From the NCBI RefSeq assembly GCF_038025025.1, contig NW_027117341.1:310001-374000 (forward strand): a stretch of 64,000 bases of DNA, read 5' to 3'. The translations under genes were made by a program, and so were the position numbers. The DNA is from Phyllosticta citribraziliensis. Lineage: Eukaryota. Below, one piece after another: positions 1 to 10,195 of this stretch; the stretch's first letter is position 1; every line of letters starts with the position of its first letter. The notes below the pieces were generated by a model. That model ran no database searches. It saw only the letters and a list, made by a program, of their open reading frames with translations, and was not told the DNA's origin.

Positions 1-609
1 GGGGCAGAAAGGGAGGCTAAGCTTTGGCCTTATCTTGGCGAAGCACCGGAGACAAGTCCTTTCGCAGCTACGACAAACATGCTGTTTCCTTTCCTCAATG
101 TCGCAGCTATCGGAACACGTTCTTCGGAACGAATGAATGCTACGGAAGCGGGGCTCCAAAGTACGCATTGTGCAATCATTGCTATGCGTAGTGTTATCGA
201 ATTATTCCGCTGCGTGAGCCGCGCACACGAAATCAACGGCGAAATCCTCGCCTTTTCTGTCACGTACGACACCAGATGGATCCAGATTTACGGTCATTAT
301 GCAGATGTATCTGAGAGAAATGTCCATTTTTACAGACATGATATTCTGAGTAACCCCTGGGTCTACAGAGAAAGTTCTGCCGATACGGATAGATGGTTGA
401 GCTATCAGTTCATCAAAAGTCTGTACAAAGACTGGGCACCACGCCAATTGCAGCGCATTTGCTCGGCGATCGATGATCTCCCCTCTTGGGACGTCTTCAG
501 GGTCAGTAAATCCCTGCCAGGATCACAGAGTCCACCGCCCGTGGACGAGGAGAAAGAGAAGTTTGCAAATATATGGCCGTCGTTCCTGAAGGGTGGAGAA
601 CATGACTGA
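1..609 (+). CDS. 5'-truncated PD-(D/E)xK-fold family protein (DUF7924-like), copy 1; ExK motif absent
   Basis: Frame is open from base 1 (GAEREAKLWPYLGEAPETSPFAATTNMLFPF...). IAMRSVIELFR, HEINGEILAFSVTYD, IYGHYA, FYRH and RICSAIDDL align by eye with the 5263-6828 ORF. FPFLNVAAIG replaces FPFFSFEAKAG. Confidence 0.8.
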   Translation, partial: GAEREAKLWPYLGEAPETSPFAATTNMLFPFLNVAAIGTRSSERMNATEAGLQSTHCAIIAMRSVIELFRCVSRAHEINGEILAFSVTYDTRWIQIYGHYADVSERNVHFYRHDILSNPWVYRESSADTDRWLSYQFIKSLYKDWAPRQLQRICSAIDDLPSWDVFRVSKSLPGSQSPPPVDEEKEKFANIWPSFLKGGEHD

Positions 610-837
610 GGGCCACCTGTGCATGGAGTCGCTCACTTGATACCTTAATTCGCCTTGGAAACGGAATTTCTCTACCTCTTTCCTGTGTGGACCACGCTCT
701 GTAAGCACGTGTACATTACCGACGATGCCATGGTGCTCTATAGTACTCTTTCCTCTGTCCCAAAGTGCAAGGAAGAAATCCCAGACGCCATACAAAAAAA
801 AAAAAAAAAAGACTATCTTCAAGACGGACCTCTCGCC

Positions 838-1891
838 TTAGTCTCTATCCCGAGCATGATACGATGACCTGTTTTCCTCGAGGGATCGACCTTCCGAATA
901 TGACGGAGGCGAGGCGCCCTCTCTCAAGGACATTTGAACGTCTGCGATTGTCCTCAACCTCTTCCTGACCTCCCTGACCAACCGAATAGGATGCAGTACC
1001 AGAAATCCAACCATGACCTCCAGCATGGGTACGCCGTCAAACAGGTAGATGAAGACTTCATGGCTCCCGACGAAGCCTTCCATCCCGGTCACAAATTCGA
1101 TGCCTCTGACGATGCTCCGAATGACCAGCATTACGGCCGCAACTTCCAGGACGATGAAGTAGCCCAGCCAGTTCACGCCCGGGTCAGCGCACATGTTGGT
1201 GGTGGGCGACCGCCTGAGCCTGGCGTGCATGCGGCCGCAGGTGATGGTAAACACAGCCAGAGCAGCAAGCTGTGCAAAAAGACCGACCAGGACAACAATC
1301 TTGCTCAGGCGCCGGCCCTCGGGAGTACCACTTGCAGGAAGAACAGTGCCAACCAGCTGGGTAAAAATGGCGACGATATCGATCAGGACATAGAGCTTGG
1401 TCGGAGAGCAAGACCAGCAGGAAATGCAGCATCGCGCACAACAGCCCCTGTCGCGTTTGCGTTTCTTCGGGACTCCGTCATCGTGGATAGCGGTTACGAG
1501 GCGTCCGTACGACATGTACACGCTGGCGGCGAGAAGTGGCGGTCCAACGAGCAGCAGCATGTTTTGCAGGAGCCAAGGGTCAAGGATTGTAACTTGAGTG
1601 TGTGCCTTGGCACGCTCGTAGTAGCCAAAGACTTCGCCTGAGGGTGTTAGCCAGTCTGTTTCATCGAATATCAAGATCAAGAGCGGCAGACTCACAAACT
1701 CCACCCAGAATGAAGGGAATGAACGACCAGGCCCGCAACCAGCAGAGGAATCCCAAGTGAGCGATCGTTGCTATCGCGAAGAGGGCCATGAAGGCGTATC
1801 CGGCACTCTCGCTTGGTCGGTACTCCCAGAAGACTACGACCATGGAGCCGTTGACCACTGGGCCGTAGGGAGGGCCATCATTGAACGCCAT
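838..1891 (-). CDS. RTA1-like (lipid-translocating exporter) membrane protein
   Basis: Exon 1 is 1891-1696 (WEYRPSESAGYAFMALF). GT-AG intron 1695-1638 joins GGVCEVFGYY. Motifs LLLVGPPLLAASVYMSYGRL, LVIRSIVRGIEF and HEVFIYLFDGVPM are typical of the RTA1 family. Confidence 0.88.
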
Positions 1892-2352
1892 AGCGGAAGA
1901 ACGGTCAAAAGGAGAGCAAATTGATTCGGTCAAGATTGAAGACGTCGATGACGCTCAAGCTTAATGGCAGCGGAGAATCGATGGATGCGATGTATTTGAA
2001 AGAATTGGCGGATTTTCAGGACTGTTGCCTCTCGGAAGAGGTGATTGAAGGAGGAACGATTGAAGCTGCGACGGGCGACTTCAGCCCATAAATGCGCTCG
2101 GAAGTCAACAACACGAACATTTAAAAAATAGCGAGCAAGTGAGGAGTACCGCGTAGGTACCCACTTTGATTTTCGCATAACATTTTTCGTTTACTTCGAT
2201 ACCTGATCGGGAAATTCTCCGACCAATGAGGGCGATTCTCGCTTGTGGCCTGAATGCCTGATGCGAGAATTCCGCCCAGGCCCCCATTGTAGCCTCACAA
2301 CCTTTCTCTGTCATAACCTCGGTAGAATCATCTACTTCCAAGAGCGAAAAAC

Positions 2353-4117
2353 ATGACCTCACAAACGAAAACTAAGAGAGCACATCGCAAGTCACGGGCG
2401 GGCTGCACTACTTGCAAGAGGCGGAGAGTCAAGGTCAGTCATCCCCTCTTTGTTAACAATCCCGCCATTCCCTCACAAACGCCACCGAAATCACACGTCC
2501 TTCTGTCTTTGGAGCGCAATCATGGAGCCGTCGCCTTTCCTGACTAGCGACTTGGACGCGCAATGTAGTATTTACTACTCCCCCAGCGTCTGGTGGATGG
2601 CTTCCATTTTACTCGTGCTCAATGCGCTGATGCTCCTTGCACCAATTATCTGCAGAACAGAAGGGAGCCCCTACGCTGACGTTGAAAGCTTGCAGTGCGA
2701 CGAGCAAAAGCCTTGTGGTAACTGCGTCCGGTTTGGAGTACCATGTGATCTCGCGCCAGGAGTCGTATCAGACATTCCTGCGGTCGTCCAGATACGACGA
2801 GGTCGAGGTCGCCCGCGGAAAGACTGGACATCAACATCTACCACTCCCCCTTCGTCGACCAATCAAAGTCCCAACGAAAAATCGCTGCCTGAGCCACTGT
2901 TGCAATTTCCAGAAAATGGAGTTCCATCACCACCAACAAGCGCCGAAGCAGTGGCGACGCCGGAGTCGACGACAGGCACTACTGCACTTTACCAGCCTCC
3001 TTGCGCGACCTTACCTCTGATAAACGTCGATGACGCAGAGCCTCTCCTCCACTTTGTTCAATACACTGCTGCAACGCTTGCCGGACAAGGCGACGGCGGT
3101 AACATGTGCAGAATCCTCCGGTTCTGGGAACGCAATGCTCCACAAATAGGCCTGAGATGGCCGTTTGCTCAGCACTTGATCCTCTCTGTCGCCTCTTTCC
3201 ATCTCTCCGAGCTGGTATTGGAACAAGAGGGAGCAAGCAGCGGACACAAGAAGCCTGACGGGGACGCAGGGGATCCGGAAGGTCTACGGCACCCGCTGCT
3301 GAGGAGAACAAGAGACGAATATCTCGCCCTGGCTCAACACCACTTCTCTTCCGGTCTCGCTGGCTTCACATGCCTGATGGCGCACCCGGACACATCCAAC
3401 TGCGGCGCCTTATATCTGTCGGCGATCATGGTATCCTACTGCACATTTGCCGCAGGGCCCACGAGCGCAAACGACCTCCTTGTATGCTCCCTGGACGACG
3501 GTGACGGCAGCGAGGACCACCAGTCGATACCATTCGTTCACGGCCTGCGAATAATCTACGCTTCTTTCACCCCAGAAGTCCTCTTTGCGGGTCTATTGGC
3601 ACCACTCGGCCCTTCAGGCAAAGGAGAATCCCCCGAGCCGCCGCTTCCTGTCTGTATCCGCGATGGGTTCAAACGAATCGATTGGGAGCCCGCCCTGAAT
3701 GGACTTCGCGATTTTATCGGACAAAGCCCCGATCAAGAGGGGTTTGCCGCTTGCCTCGGAGCACTCGAAGACCTCGCCGCCATCTTTGCGGCCAACTACG
3801 GCTGTGGTCCTGATGGTTCATACCACGGCGAGCCCAGCAATCAATTCGTCTTTGGATGGCTGTATCGGATCAGGAACGACTTTGTCGGCCGCATTTGCGC
3901 GCGCGACCCTCGAGCGTTGCTTCTGGTGGCATTTTACGCAGTGCTACTGGATTCGTCCACCACTGTTCAACAGGGTTGGTACATTCGGCGATGGAGTCGG
4001 CATCTGGTTGCAAGGGTGGGGGAATTGCTTCCCGAAGAATCGGAGCTGGAGGAGCGGATGCGGTGGCCGAGAGAAATGACGGCGCTTGAGGTTTGTGACT
4101 GTGGGTCTGGGATGTAG
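2353..4117 (+). CDS. Zn(II)2Cys6 transcription factor, UPC2/sterol-uptake-control-like
   Basis: Exon 1 2353-2433 (HRKSRAGCTTCKRRRVK), intron 2434-2695 (GT...CAG), exon 2 begins CDEQKPCGNCVRFGVPC. C-terminal LLHF, HLILSVASFHL and DPRALLLVAFYAVLL motifs. Confidence 0.88.
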
Positions 4118-4519
4118 CATAGCTGCACGCGAAAAAGCAGTTCGGACACGATGCCTGCGAAGACTCCATTTCACTATGATCCTGCATGAGGCTATGCTCG
4201 TGCGCGTTCTTTGGCCCAATGGTGCGTCGAAGAGTGTCTTTGTCAGGTTTTGCCTGATTCAACGTGTGCGGCGCAGACTGGCGCTTTCCTGAAATAACGC
4301 GTAAATGTGGGCGGTGCTGTGTTAGCCAATCAAGCCTTAAGATCTTTTAACGCCTTGGTAGTATCGCTTCTGTGGGAATCGCGTCTAGCTTGATGATTTT
4401 AGTTCATCACCACCAATCGCTTGGGCTTCGACCGAGGCTTGGTCGCAAAAGTCGTGGCATACACGACGATGGCAGAGGCCTGTCAAGAAGTATTCATACA
4501 CACTGACGGAGCCCTCACA

Positions 4520-4600
4520 GGGAGCATTCATGCCGCCCTAGACCGGAATTCGTGCTCGATAACTTGCAGGTAGAAAGGAGTGGTGACAGGGTGCATTCAA
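4520..4600 (+). repeat. Left arm of doubled inverted repeat
   Basis: Two copies of ACAGGGWGCATTCA (4517-4530 and 4586-4599), reverse-complementary to the motifs in 7058-7102. Confidence 0.8.
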
Positions 4601-4877
4601 CTACCGATGCGCAAATTCTGGGACCTGGGATGGTGCAGGTGATGTATGTGCCGCGACGTTTGCTCCCAAGCCTCGGACTTCGGATCCGCGCGCCACAGCG
4701 GCAACCATCCAATCAGCGCGCGTTTGACGAAGCGCCAGCCACAGGACGCGGCCCGGGGCGCCTCCCACTTTAAGATTGTGATCCGTGCGAACCTGGCCAT
4801 CTATCTTTCAACCTCATCACGCGAATCCTCCTCGCCCTCATGCATACCACCTTATCCTCTCCTTACCGCGCTGTCCG

Positions 4878-4884
4878 TATAAAG
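4878..4884 (+). promoter_or_regulatory. Putative TATA box of the nuclease gene
   Basis: TATAAAG about 25 nt upstream of the ATG at 4907, after a pyrimidine-rich tract. Confidence 0.4.
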
Positions 4885-4906
4885 TCGTGCCACTCAAGCT
4901 CTCAAC

Positions 4907-6828
4907 ATGGCTCCAGCAAGATCATCTCCCTCAAGCAGCGGGCCAAAATGTGAGTAGTTGCTTCTCTGGGGCACTTTACGTGCTTGCCCTGGCGGCGCTT
5001 TCGCTGACGCATCATAGCCTTAAGAGGCTGTCAATCCGACAGTCCCAGGAGAAGCGCACGCCTTCAGAGTTCATCATCACCTAGCGCTCTCAAAGGAGCA
5101 TTCGATCGACCAGAAACACGAGAGACGGCAGAGGTTTGCCCACCACCCTTCAAAGCTGCGGAAACGTAAAGTTAATAGACGACTCAGTCCATTCCACTCG
5201 ATCCTCCAACTGAGCAAGGCGCAGGCCGCAAAAGAAAACGGAACGAAGACATTGACCAGGCAGTGGAATGCTCCTCGGTTCCACCAAAAGAGCAAGGCAC
5301 AGATCGCAAGCGTAAACGATCTGAGGACACTGAACGGCCAGTGGAACAAATCCTGCGCCCATTGGAGCGCTCTTCTCCTGTAAAAAATCAAGAATTAGAA
5401 GCACGAGAAAGAGAAGCCGGAGAGCAAGAAGCCGGAGAGGAAGAAACATCCCAGAACGCCCGAAAGTCTCTAACTCTTGAACCCGACGACGAAGCCGCTC
5501 CACAGTCTTATTTCACGGGCACCTGGTACGAGGCAAGAGATCCAGTAGACCACTGGGTGAATCACGACGTCTGGCCGCCCAACTTTGCCGAGTCGAACGA
5601 GCCTGAGCCCGAGATCGAGCCCGAGTCCGAGAACGAGCCCGAGGAAATGTCTACTCTTAGTCGTACTCCTTCTGCAAGAAGACAGGCGAAAAACAGATTC
5701 AGCAAAGAAGTCTGGGATATCGAACTGCCGCAAGCGGAGATCAATGCGCCAAATACCCCAGATACCAGGGCGCGGCTCTTAAAATCTCAATGTGTCATTG
5801 ACTACTGGACAAAGCACTCGAAAATGCCAAAAGACGGCCTTACAAAATCCGCCGAGGAGACCTGTCGCAGAGTACTTGAGTCTAGTCAGACTGGCCCACC
5901 ACGGGATGCCGATTACTTTCGTCGGGTCTCAAAGAGGCTGCAATCGAAGGGCGAGACAAAAGTGGTCCAAGACATCGGGCCTTTAGTTGCACCACGTGTC
6001 GAGCCATTATACTTTGGTGGTGACGACAGCTTGGAATACCTTACTGAGTCAGTCGACGAAACATGGTCTCTCTGCGTCCCTATCCTTGGCCCTCATCCGC
6101 CTAGACCTGACTACGCTGCTGGTTTCCATCGGGAAATCGCCTTCACAGAGCGGCAACTGTCGGTTCTAAAAAGGTTCGGCAACGGCGAGGACGACAGCCT
6201 GGTCCGAGTCACAAAGAGTTTATCGTTTCCGTTCTTCAGCTTCGAAGCTAAAGCTGGCGGGGTTGATTTGGCGGAAGCAGAGCAGCAAAATGTTGAAGAT
6301 GCTTTGATCGCTTCACGTGGCGTTATCGAGCTTTTCAAAAGAGCAAACCTGGCGCATGAGATTGACCGCGAGATTCTCGCGTTCTCTGTCGTGTATAATG
6401 ATCACGAGGTCCGAATATTTGCGCACTTTGCCGACGTCCAACGGTCGCACCCAAGATTCTACCGCCACCAGATTGATCAGAAACTCATTAGCCAGGCTGA
6501 TTGTGCCACTCACAAGATGGTCAACTACATCTATAAGGTCTGGGCACGTGAGCACTGGGAACGTATCTGCCGCGCTATCGACACTTTGGCAACGAGGCCT
6601 GGTTACACGCCTTCGACATCGTCGCAAGCTTCGGTCTCGGTGTCTGGCAATAGGACGCCGCAGAGCGGCTCGATGGGTCCACCCTCGGAACCCAGGTCTG
6701 CCTCGGTGCCTCCGCTCGCACCGCGCCCTACCAGCGCAAGCAACAACGTCCGATCGCAAAGAGACCTGACTCCAAACACGTCCCCAACCCGGGACACCAA
6801 GAAGCCGAAGAAGTCAGGTTACAGTTGA
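4907..6828 (+). CDS. PD-(D/E)xK restriction-endonuclease-fold protein (DUF7924-like), copy 2, catalytic motif intact
   Basis: Exon 1 4907-4949 (MAPARSSPSSSGPK), intron 4950-5017, probable second intron ~5134-5178, then a long ORF to 6828. Motifs DPVDHWVNHDVWP, KGETKVVQDIGPLVAP, PPRPDYAAGF (PD at 6106-6111), FPFFSFEAKAG (ExK at 6244-6252), AEQQN, REILAFSV, FYRH and HWERICRAID. Confidence 0.85.
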
Positions 6829-7057
6829 GCTTTGGCGTCTCGAATACGACAAGCTGCCCTATTTGTGAGCAATTCATTCACGAGGAGTGTCAAGGCCCGA
6901 GATTCTGTTTATAGAAAGAGCTTGAATTCTTTCATCTGTGAAACCGTGGTTGCTTCATTGTCTAGAGAGAGACGTGCGCAAAGACGCGTCAAAACAACCA
7001 CCAGGCTTAATTACAAAAGTCGTAGCACACACAAACCCCCATCAATGTAGACAACGC

Positions 7058-7102
7058 TTGAATGCTCCCTGTCAGTCATCCAAATAGGGCCTGAATGCTC
7101 CC
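7058..7102 (-). repeat. Right arm of doubled inverted repeat
   Basis: TGAATGCTCCC occurs twice (7059-7069, 7092-7102). 7058-7074 matches the reverse complement of 4584-4600 at 16/17. Confidence 0.8.
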
Positions 7103-7174
7103 CATTATCCCTGCGGAGCGAAGCGGAGCTGGGCATTACGTGCTCACTTTTTGGTCCCATACCTAAGAAATCAC

Positions 7175-7269
7175 CATTTAGTTAAACATCTACCACTAAA
7201 TTTTCTATTCAATTTGCTACTTAATTCGCAACTCAGTTCACTGCTCAGTTGGCTACTCATCCACTGCTC
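7175..7269. repeat. Degenerate 12-bp tandem repeat (~8 units) with an AT gradient
   Basis: Units catttagttaaa / catctaccacta / aattttctattc / aatttgctactt / aattcgcaactc / agttcactgctc / agttggctactc / atccactgctc. Confidence 0.65.
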
Positions 7270-7597
7270 GAAACTCCGCTCCCTCTGCCGGGTCTCTTCG
7301 TTGACGGCATCTCCCCCACTGCCGGCGTTCTCCATGTTATCAACGTCAACGTGTGAGGAAATCCGCAGGGACAAACCCGAACAACAATCCAGGCGAGGGC
7401 GACCAGGTCCCGACCGGGTGGCACGCTAAGCATTAAGGTTGTGAACCGTGCACCTGGAAACGGCGACGCGTTTCCGTCAGACTTCCAGTTTCTCGCGCCT
7501 CCTCTCCATCCTTTTACCCACCTCTTCGACTATTGCACATCGTCCGGGCACCTCTCCATCCACCGCAGTGCTCATTCCCCATGTCCAGGTTCCCGCC

Positions 7598-9099
7598 ATG
7601 TCCGAATCACGCGCGCCATCCCCGCCTCCGATGCCGAAAGGTAAACAAACGCGCCTGCTTAATGTGGCTCAAAGTCCTGACGCGCTCAGGTCGGTGTGAC
7701 ACCCCGGTGGACCAGATTCCTTAGTCAAACTCGCCTCCTGAGGTTATTGCAGTGCTTGTCTCGCTGGAATAGCGCGGACTTGCTGGCGGATTAGTCCTCT
7801 ACTCCCAACCCTCCTCACGCCCACGACCCTAGCCAAAAGCGCAAACGATCCTTTGACAGCCTACCTCCGAGCCCAACTTCCCCCGGTTATCTCGAGGACT
7901 CTGGACAACTGGACGAGTGGGAACGCGATGTCCCTTGGATCGAGCGCGATAAGAGTTCGCCTCCGGTACCAGACTACCTCGATTCCACCGAGGATTTCGG
8001 AATTTACCCCGACGATATTGAGAACTCCGCAGAACTGGTTGAATATGAACGGGATTCCACTTGGTGGAGCGCGTAGAACTGGCGCCATGGTCAAAAAAGA
8101 TGAGAAGAGAAATCTCTCGCAAAATCGCGGGAAGGAATTGGAAGACGGTGCTCGCAAATGTTTCCACAGGCAGATTCTTCGCGGCAGTGGAAAGCAGCAA
8201 GGAAGAGTCTCTCGACGACAGCATTGATGGATTCCTCCGAGACAAATTCGATCAATCACCCAATGGCGCGTCATTAGACGACCATGAGCTCCTGGAAGAA
8301 CTACTATCTGAAAACTCTTCCGGTCTAGACTACGACGAGGCCATGATCGACCGCACCATTGAGCTTGTGCGCGGCAGATGCAAACAAAAAGTGGTCGCAG
8401 ATCTTGGGCCCCTCGTCGTGCCACGCGCCCAATGGCTCGATCTACGAGGCGACAGAATTTCTCCAGAATTGCCGAGACCATGGATAGCGTGGACTCGTTG
8501 CGTACCGATTGTGGAGAACAGGCCGCGTCCCACGCCTTGCTACAGCGTCGGCTATCGACGTGATCAATTCGAGCGTTCCGATCGCAGATTGCTCATGGCC
8601 GAGGACATGAAGGCTAGTTTGGGTGGGAGTCTATTATTTTCGGCCAACGACTTGGCGTTTCCCTTTTTCTGCGCTGCTTTTGCGTGCAGAGGCGTGCTGC
8701 GCCGAATGTGCGGTCATCGCGATGCGGAGCATGTGCGAGCTTACAAGAAAGTCGGACGACTTGTTGAGCTCGACGGGATTTTACTCCACTTATCAGCCGT
8801 GTACAACGAACAGAAAGTATGCGTATATGGCCATTATGCTTCGTTTCGCTTGAGTTCACTTGGCTCTGGAACAGTAAAATTCTGCCGCTGGCGACGGTCA
8901 CCAAAGAGAAAGAGACAAGGCTAGTGACAGGTGAAGGAGCTACAAGTCTTTTCTGGGCCTGTCCGAGGACTTTCCTAAGTTCCATTGGAAGCTCATCCGA
9001 ACGGCTCTTAGAGACTTGGACGAAGCATCGCAGAACTCTCAAACGAAGCTCGCGCAGCTATTGGCAGGGGCGCCTAACAAGCGGTCCCGGAAATGGTGA
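7598..9099 (+). pseudogene. Frameshifted pseudogene of the PD-(D/E)xK (DUF7924-like) family, copy 3
   Basis: 43-nt first exon (MSESRAPSPPPMPK, phase-1 GT) has the same length as in copy 2. Homology hops frames: KVVADLGPLVVP...RPTPCYSVGY...FPFF (frame 3), AECAVIAMRSMCEL (frame 1), YKKVG...VYNEQKVCVYGHYA (frame 3), SYKSFLGL...HWKLIRTALRDL (frame 1). In-frame stops upstream. Confidence 0.78.
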
Positions 9100-10195
9100 C
9101 TTACTTCCAGTGTCTTTCGTATTCTACTCTTGACCAGAAACTTCTCCCAGCTCTGCAAGGCCCACCGCTCAGTCCGGCAAACTCCAGCGATGGCATCTCA
9201 CGCAACGCCGCGCCGCAACCGCCACCGCATGCGTCAGACTGGCCAGCAGGGGATGACGTCGGAAAAAGGTACCTCACGCTAGCCACTCGAAGCGCGGGCA
9301 CCAGTCAAGCGGCCGAGGCGCTTACGCTACCGGCAAATAGTACCCGTTCGAGCTAGCCTGGGGCGGTTAAGTTGCGACGCAAACTCGACGCCATGACGAT
9401 TGCGGCAGGTGAGCGACAGTCCTGACACTTTGGTTGCATGTCGCCCCGAGGTCTATCTTTGGCCGTGCGGTCGGCCGCGGAAAAATTTCAATTTTTGTTT
9501 GGCTTTCCGGTTTGGCTTTGCGTGGTCCCGGCGGAGACGCCCCGAGACGAGGCAGCGGACCAGGGGGCGGAATCGATGGAGCGGGCTAGGCTGTACTGGG
9601 CTGAGATTGAGTTTGGTGTTAGGATGCGGGGGGTTTTGGTGGGAACAGAGGTAAGTGAATGAGAGAGGAGTTAAGGAGAAGATTCAGTCAAAGAGAGTGT
9701 CTTTGGAGTTGGAGATTGAACTGACCGAGCGTAGGATTGAAGAGACAGAGGTCGGTGATATCGGTCAAGGCCATGAGATATCGGCGTTTTGACCTCAGTC
9801 ACGCGGGGGCGGGCGTGCAGTGACGGTGGGGCAACCCCAGGTCTTGGCCAGTCAAGGCGGAGCCCCGCAGCCATGGATGAGACTGTGGGGAACAGCAAGC
9901 CTTGGCCGCCGCTCACTTCACTTCCGTTCCATTTGCTGCAAGCCGGTGGCACGCCTATCTTGCTCCTGACGGTGCTACTGCACTCCTATAAAGCCTAGCC
10001 TGGTGCCGCCGACGTTTCCTTCCAAGCCTTGGTGTTCCAGCCATCATCTCTGCCCAGGCCTTGGTGTGCGATCCTCCTCTTCTCTCGCATCGTACTCGAC
10101 AGGTGATCGCCAGGCTTGACATTGCTTGACAGGCTTGGCTCGAGGCTTCGTCGCCGCCCCGCGCACTTGGCGACCCACAAAACTGCAGAGCAACC

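Larger units (their letters stand above)
4520..7102. mobile_element. Candidate inverted-repeat-bounded element carrying one PD-(D/E)xK nuclease gene
   Basis: Left end: GGGAGCATTCA (4520-4530), GCCCTA (4535-4540), TGACAGGGTGCATTCAA (4584-4600). Right end, inverted and in mirror order: TTGAATGCTCCCTGTCA (7058-7074), TAGGGC (7085-7090), TGAATGCTCCC (7092-7102). CA flanks both sides (4518-4519, 7103-7104). Mobility is inferred only. Confidence 0.45.

Noticed and set aside
794..810. Poly(A) run as a possible retroelement tail (also 62398-62431)
   Set aside because: No TSD or upstream element. Ordinary homopolymers in a terminator region and an intron.
2450..2695. Hydrophobic N-terminus of the 555-aa ORF
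   Set aside because: Lies within the intron that splits the Zn2Cys6 motif.
7175..7269. CRISPR-like array
   Set aside because: Contiguous 12-bp units without spacers, in a eukaryotic context with no cas genes.
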